From: Fibrobacterota bacterium
GTDB lineage: Bacteria; Fibrobacterota; Fibrobacteria; UBA11236
Assembly: GCA_043753995.1 (NCBI GenBank)
Contig: JAYUVP010000132.1
Span: 1-21,086 of the forward strand
Direction: 5' to 3'
Length of the DNA: 21,086 bases
A model generated the notes under the pieces. The model had not been told where the DNA came from. It saw only the letters and a list, made by a program, of their open reading frames with translations, and did not search any database. Positions 18,301-21,086 of the stretch are shown piece by piece (within the stretch, counting starts at the first letter, position 1; each line of letters opens with the position of its first letter). The position numbers and the translations under genes are program-made.

Positions 18301-19825
18301 TTGGCTAAAAGCGGCACCGAAGTCCTTGCGCATTCCTCCTGGAGGCACGGCGGTGGCCACGGTCACTCTCGATGGCAGTCGTATTGAGGCGGGCGCTTAT
18401 ATTGGTGCCGTCACGGTTGACCATAATGTTCCCGGCAAGTCGGCGATTCTCTTACCGGTAAATTTCACCGTGGGTGGTCGACTTGGAATCGAAGTCTCGA
18501 CGACTTCCTTAGATTTTGGGTCGACCTTGCTAGGGGATTCCGCTTCCCAGTCCTTTTCGGTATTGAATACTGGAAACCTTCCTGTTACGGTATCCGCTCA
18601 GTTCACCGGCAATTCCGCCTTTGCCCTGGACGCGTCTTTCCCAAGGAGGATAGAAGCAGGGCGATGGCTTACGCTGAATGCGACCTATACCCCAACTCTG
18701 CCAGGCGGCGCATCGGCGACCTTGATCTTCGAGGCCGCTGACTTGGCTCCCTTGACCGTAAGCATGACGGGCCTAGGGATTCGTCCAGCCGACTTGGTAG
18801 TAACTACCGCTCCCAGCCCCTTACTTTTTGACCTTCACCTGGATGGGCAGGATTCCGGCGAAATCGTATTGGCCAATGCGGGGGACGAGGACCTCACCTA
18901 CCGATTGTTTTTCCGGCCTGTCGTCTCGGATTCGCTCCCTCCGGATACCACAGGGACGGATACGCTCAAGGTTTATGGAGCTTCGCATTATGCACCCTTA
19001 ATCAAGGGCGCTCTGGATACCCGGGTAGGCGCTCCGGTCACGACGGCATTCGGCGGCCCCGATTCCTATGGCTACCGATGGTTTGATTCGCAGTATGAGG
19101 GAGGCCCTGCTTTCAAGTGGGTCGACATTTCGCGGAGCGGGCAACGGCTAGCCACGGTATCGAATTGCGATGACTGCTTCGAGAGCGTGCGCTTATCCTT
19201 CGCTTTCCCCTTCTATGGTCGGGCCTTTGAATCGGTATTCGTCAGCTCCAATGGATATGTCACTTTTGACACGGGTAGCGCGGCATTTTCCAATCATCCC
19301 TTGCCCAGCGCCGTCATGCCGAGTTCCCTGGTGGCGGCATTATTTCAAGACCTTTACCCTGCGGCCGAAGGCGCGATTTATTTCCAAGATTTTGGAGACC
19401 GGGCGGTTTTGCAATTCCAAAACGTCCCTGATTTTCTTGGCACGGGGCGATATGACTTCGAAATCATTCTTCGCGCTGATGGCATTATCGATTTGCAGTA
19501 CTTGACCTTGACCGGAGTTAAAAATACCGCGACGGTGGGTATTCAAAATGGATTGAAAGCGGATGGCCTTACCGTGGTCTATAATGCCGATTATTTGCAG
19601 GACAATCTTGCCATTCGTCTTCGCACTTGGTTGGCCTTGCCTCCCACCGTGGGAATCCTAGCCGGCCAGGAACAAAAGCGAGTGAAGGTGTCGGTGGACT
19701 CCCGGACCATGCCCCCTGGCAATTATCACGAAACGCTTAAAGTGGAGGGCCATGGCTCAAAGACTTTTGAGAGCGTGGAAATCCCGGTGGATATGACAAT
19801 TAATCCCGCCGCGGCGAAAAAATGA
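9359..19825 (+). CDS. Giant (3488 aa) secreted multidomain protein with two S8 subtilisin-like peptidases, ASH/choice-of-anchor-D Ig domains, four GATase1-like alpha/beta repeats and a nidogen-like domain
   Basis: AAGGA SD and a Sec signal peptide. Two full motif sets: IDTG (Asp codons 10145, 13457), HGTH (His 10310, 13622), AAAGN and GTSMATPHV (Ser 10790, 14102). Six DFG/DFD...G.G spacer domains, four VLYL...LA(D/E)Y.D.GG...HPI repeats, and GGPDSYGY...FPFYG...VSSNGYVTF near the C-terminus. Confidence 0.95.
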   Translation: MLYSSLWKNRKRLALAFSAAMMVPILSLSQSRPPDPTAELLPTSLTANVAHQDAPVDLTSTLTNTGGSPLTWRIGAIRDVSAESAPAVATGPIATARLYNKTQVQTLDYAPGEIIVGLKEEPAGTATGKVAAKPAPTGFLGGRAKVRRELIRARRVERKIPGARQAAPVQRPGRKLFLVDVADKSKAGMQKAIDELRKDPTVAYAEPNYQLKAIGIPDDPHFDLLYGMHNVGQNNGVVDADIDAPEAWDMATGDDNVLVGVIDTGIDYLHPDLVDNMWTNPGEIPGNGIDDEGNGYVDDVHGYDFANHDGDPMDDHYHGTHCAGTIAARGNNGIGVAGVAWKAKLVALKFLSAGGSGSTADAIEAIAYANAMNIPITSNSWGGGGFSQALKDVIDAGGQRGFLFVAAAGNNGSNADQIPMYPAAYESDNIISVAATDSRDGLAGFSNYGRVSVDLGAPGVSIYSCQPGNRYQYLSGTSMATPHVAGAATLLKSYNPQLGYIDIKAALMRSVDSIASLSGRVASEGRLNIQRALGMVNPPWVTLAPRGSGELTPGASQVLTATVNPAALTAGEHRALVQIVTNDPANPNRELEVVAHVAPCRNLSVTPEALDFGDLWEGASRALTLTLNNSCNDATRLDSALFSESVFSIANALPLTVPAFGKATLEVVYRPPAIQVDSGVVTLVSNAEDHSRIAIPLRGTGIAAPSIAVSPSSFELTLNPSEQAIRQFTVRNTGGDVLTLKLAFKEGSAAQAIGQALLIPGQAKSGAAYGDGLRKNLVAPKGKVAIRATGESLRVLYLTTLLATGRSDDLVRGLQGLSNVASVEVLNGQFNTPNLAYLQNFDMVVVSSNFGWADPVLLGNTLADYADQGGGLCLMVAALANSGPWGLLGRITTPEYMPIRMAGPGVGGQAVEFAAHPITAGMQSLSCILPIKSSQTQGEGIALGHYANSTLIGAVNPAKPVVAINVFPASGAWSGDLVLMVGNSLDYLSNASGWAKVQPRKASLAPGDTLNFTVTVSAEKQLAGDHLGSIAIEHNAPRGDNPLNISLLMHVRPVSLLALPVPKHDFGGLLVGNQSLTNITLINSGNQSTTVTTVDLPSPFHLNTALPLVIPAFSKAELALTFAPTLEGAVLGIATLHSNAADHPSLTLALRGQGLPAPIAMLTPESLSVNLAYNAAPADLTSILSNPGRGVLKYTVGGFKEVRSVATVNLSKAVQAARIYQAANYDREAIPGELIVGLRENTASIANITGLASVGIQVKRSVLRARSAKSAVLGQPKRKILLVTYADDSKAGMLRAIEDLRKDANVAYAEPNYRLKAIATPNDPDFGLLYGLHNEGQTGGSNDADIDAPEAWDNYTGEHNVIVGIIDTGIDYLHPDLVDNIWTNAGEIPGNSVDDDGNGYVDDVHGYDFANQDSDPYDDHFHGTHVAGTIAASGNNGLGIVGVAWKARLAALKFLDAGGSGSLDAAVEAIAYANAMGFPITSNSWGGGGFSQALKDVIDAGGEQGNLFVAAAGNDYSDNDQYPAYPASYESDNIISVAATNSTDGKADFSNYGAATVDLGAPGVEIYSCAPGQGYQYLSGTSMATPHVSGAAALLKSFNPQMEYAQIKAALLASVDTLSSLQGLVLSQGRLNVQKALANLSPPWVSLSPRGSGQVEPGASQALNVRVDPKGLVAGEHRGSFTLTTNDPKAPTKTLSIAATVSGCRNLSVTPTALDFGLVWTGSSKRLALSLVNTCNDFTQVNAVELSHKTFTRLFDLPVQVPPFGSIQLEILYTPDDLNQDKATITVKSNAQNQASIKVSAKGTGVKPPSISVNPTKVNLTMDPSEQRTSVIKVSNKGGAEMRVALSLSLDKKKADSGLAPKVLVLPRKVGSPYPTHASPSLKPKTIHPMVKASASGLKVLYLTTLYLPDSLDDGFMQGIRGLPQVAVLERLDGTVNVPNADFLSGYDVVLVSAGEGWADPVAIGDALAEYVDAGGKVCLLVAAIANGGPYELQGRIATPDYLPMVKAGPGYGGQVTTFTDHPITQGLSSIECFATTMASETQGNGISLGLYPYGELLGAVNPDKAVVAINVFPADGFWAGDLILMMSNTLDYLGSMSRWAKIEPAQLVIPPGKTVEAKVIFDTENLAADLYTGTLKLTHNAPGQVNPLTVPLSLTVKSKNCLETSVAVIDFGKVWTDRYAQATVTLKNPCNQPTQVNSLALLPKVFKTSVVKPLTVDAFSEVAVELTYTPDDLYPDLGGLVIKSNAKDNPLVLIALKGTGIRPPSISIKPSALNVALDPGVQVAKSLDIFNAGGDTLRLAVAVKSVADVAKGKAQPKILPGKASMARPLVGKKRPILPHASARDYRPQAGGSLKVLYLQAMGIPTEGDSFVQGLRDLANVDIVDLVDIREGTPNLEYLQAYDVALVSTDNPAADPKALGDVLADYVDAGGKIAIMGATFYSDSPLGLGGRIMDTAYLPIHRGYFTNGFNSKSLVDHPINEGIGYINSYTVIEADSTVGAGLPLGNYETGSLTGAYHAIKPIVALNFFPIDGFWGGDILLMMGNTLDYLANSIRWMKPKAKSLLVPPGKTVKLPVNFSTEEMVAGQYEGILRFTHNAPAITTPLNIPVTLQVKSKRCLAVEPATLDFDKTWKGGSDTLDLSLINRCNEPTRIESVRFDDGAYSSANAMPMLVEPFATTKIRLVFAPKDTKVHKGKAEIRSNAQDNSRLMVSLKGQGVLPPTIAVTPGEIKVSVNAGEVKTQSLTLSNKGGDTLVATLSSSVESKTVAPKAAMTSLAVAGYHVLYLTDMTTDSMGYDPFVEGLRSLPKVASLDVANINNVNRQVDFLLGYDQVVVATVNGIKDSKGLGDALADYVDLGGRICLMNGTLTNYEWLRIEGRISTPEYLPMVQAEGGFGGIVTSFVDHPINAGISYLVSWSPTVSTEVQGYGQPLGYLESGALLGAWNTQKAVVALNILPFFGAWNGDLIPMMGNIFDFLVTRNTWLKAAPKSLRIPPGGTAVATVTLDGSRIEAGAYIGAVTVDHNVPGKSAILLPVNFTVGGRLGIEVSTTSLDFGSTLLGDSASQSFSVLNTGNLPVTVSAQFTGNSAFALDASFPRRIEAGRWLTLNATYTPTLPGGASATLIFEAADLAPLTVSMTGLGIRPADLVVTTAPSPLLFDLHLDGQDSGEIVLANAGDEDLTYRLFFRPVVSDSLPPDTTGTDTLKVYGASHYAPLIKGALDTRVGAPVTTAFGGPDSYGYRWFDSQYEGGPAFKWVDISRSGQRLATVSNCDDCFESVRLSFAFPFYGRAFESVFVSSNGYVTFDTGSAAFSNHPLPSAVMPSSLVAALFQDLYPAAEGAIYFQDFGDRAVLQFQNVPDFLGTGRYDFEIILRADGIIDLQYLTLTGVKNTATVGIQNGLKADGLTVVYNADYLQDNLAIRLRTWLALPPTVGILAGQEQKRVKVSVDSRTMPPGNYHETLKVEGHGSKTFESVEIPVDMTINPAAAKK
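9464..15830 (+). repeat. Intragenic tandem duplication with about 3312-nt period (S8 unit + alpha/beta unit)
   Basis: The catalytic Asp, His and Ser codons and the PPW Trp codon (10976/14288) are all offset by exactly 3312 nt. The VLYL motif is offset by 3315 nt. A 32-nt identical run lies at 10151-10182 and 13463-13494. Confidence 0.9.
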
Positions 19826-19851
19826 AGCTGCGATTTTATTAGTTAAGGGAA

Positions 19852-21086
19852 ATGGCCGAACCTTCCTCCCCACTGACCGGTTTGCAAAGGGCCTTGGCCT
19901 ATTTGCATGAGGAAATCGAGCTGAAGCCCGGGCCGCCGGGCACCAGGCTTCCGACCGTGCGTCGCCTCGCCCAGGCTGCTGGGGTGGCCACGCGCACCCT
20001 CTGCGAGGCCTTAGCCGATTTGGAAAAGCGTGGGGTGGTGCAAAGCATTCCCAAGCGCGGCACTTTTTTTCAACGCCCCCCTGAGCCCACCCAGCCTATT
20101 TCAGCGGAAGAGAAATGGGAATTATTGTCGACACGCATCGAGCGCGATGTGCTCGCTGGCCATTTCCGTCCCGGCACTTCCCTGCCGCAGCTGCGCGAAT
20201 TGCAAGAGCATTATGGAGTCTCCTATCCGACACTTCGCAAAGCCCTGGAAATTCTGGTTCGCAGGGGAGTGCTCTTTCCCCACAAGCGCGCCTTTCGGGT
20301 GGCTCCCGCGCGTCAGGTGCTGGGCCAGGCTTCGCTGATATGCATTGGCTTGGGCGATGAAACCGGCCGCCTGCTGATTCAGAATCCCCGTTTTCAGGAA
20401 TTCGTTTTCGCTCTGCAAAATGCCGCCGCGATTCAACAAATACGGCTGACCCTCATCGGCCATACGCCGCGCCAGGGTCTAGCCTCTCTTTTCGATCGCA
20501 TCGCCTCGTTACGCACCCAGCAAAGCTGCATTGGCTTCGTGCTTTGGAATACCCATGTGCCGCCAGCGGCTTTTCTCAAAACTGTGGCGCATGTAAAAAG
20601 CTTTGGCCAACCTGTGGCCGTGATGGACGAGAAAAACAATCTCGATCTCGATCAGCCATTATTGCAGGATGGCGCCATCCGATCTTTCACCATTGCGGGC
20701 GTTGGCGCGGGACGGCAAATCGCGCGCTATTTACTGGGCTTGGGTCATCGTCGCGTGGCCTTTCTTTCCTGTTTTCATGGCGAGGGCTGGTCGCAGCGGC
20801 GGTGGCGTGGCGTGCAAGAGGTTTTCCGCACCGCCGGGCAATCAGAAAATCTCCGCCTGCTTTCCTTGGACGAAAGCGATGCCCTGTGGGAGCCCCAGCA
20901 TTCGCCTCCTGCCTTACGCGGCATTTACGAACATTTCCGGGCTTTTCTGACCGATGTGCGACAAGCCGCAAAAACCTATCCTGCGGCGCATCAGCTTTTG
21001 TATTTACAGCAAAACAATGAAAAACTCATGCGCGATTTGCGTATGGCCATGAGCATGCATCCTCTGCTCGATGCCTTGGCCGAAGA
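19852..21086 (+). CDS. Transcriptional regulator with two tandem GntR winged-HTH domains and a LacI-type ligand-binding domain, 3' truncated
   Basis: Not in the ORF track because there is no stop in the window. ATG 19852 follows AAGGGA. HTH 1: PGTRLPTVRRLAQAAGVATRTLCEALADLEKRGVVQSIPKRGTF. HTH 2: PGTSLPQLRELQEHYGVSYPTLRKALEILVRRGVL. LacI-like part: AGRQIARYLLGLGHRRVAFL...SQRRWRG. Confidence 0.9.
   Translation, partial: MAEPSSPLTGLQRALAYLHEEIELKPGPPGTRLPTVRRLAQAAGVATRTLCEALADLEKRGVVQSIPKRGTFFQRPPEPTQPISAEEKWELLSTRIERDVLAGHFRPGTSLPQLRELQEHYGVSYPTLRKALEILVRRGVLFPHKRAFRVAPARQVLGQASLICIGLGDETGRLLIQNPRFQEFVFALQNAAAIQQIRLTLIGHTPRQGLASLFDRIASLRTQQSCIGFVLWNTHVPPAAFLKTVAHVKSFGQPVAVMDEKNNLDLDQPLLQDGAIRSFTIAGVGAGRQIARYLLGLGHRRVAFLSCFHGEGWSQRRWRGVQEVFRTAGQSENLRLLSLDESDALWEPQHSPPALRGIYEHFRAFLTDVRQAAKTYPAAHQLLYLQQNNEKLMRDLRMAMSMHPLLDALAE

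Noticed and set aside
9359..19825. Giant ORF as an assembly chimera, intein-containing protein or DGR target
   Set aside because: The copies are diverged and in frame with a regular unit logic. There are no intein C...HN motifs, differences between copies are not adenine-specific, and no reverse transcriptase is present in the window.
1..21086. CRISPR array, tRNA/rRNA, transposase, integrase or defence genes
   Set aside because: No regularly spaced repeats, cloverleaf motifs or recognisable mobile-element or defence proteins were seen.

Overview
This 21 kb bacterial window is probably from Fibrobacterota, inferred from a TIGR02147-family gene with a coupled lipoprotein, T9SS-type sorting segments and a tandem-HTH GntR/LacI regulator. 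It carries nine genes: the 3' end of a Gfo/Idh/MocA oxidoreductase, a secreted GH74 xyloglucanase, a secreted DUF1080 protein, a two-repeat PPC-like lipoprotein, a TIGR02147 gene plus lipoprotein, a PorV/FadL-like barrel fused to a FlgD-Ig-like domain, a 3488-aa secreted protein, and a truncated double-GntR regulator. The ORF track misses the first and last genes. The stand-out feature is the giant protein. It is built from seven split Ig-like host domains, each with an inserted cargo (S8 protease, alpha/beta, S8 protease, three more alpha/beta, nidogen-like), separated by six ASH/choice-of-anchor-D spacers. Both subtilases have intact triads and their own prodomains. Intergenic regions hold a REP-like multi-hairpin element and several candidate operators. 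No rRNA, tRNA, CRISPR array or transposase was seen. All family calls come from motif recognition by eye, not from database searches.
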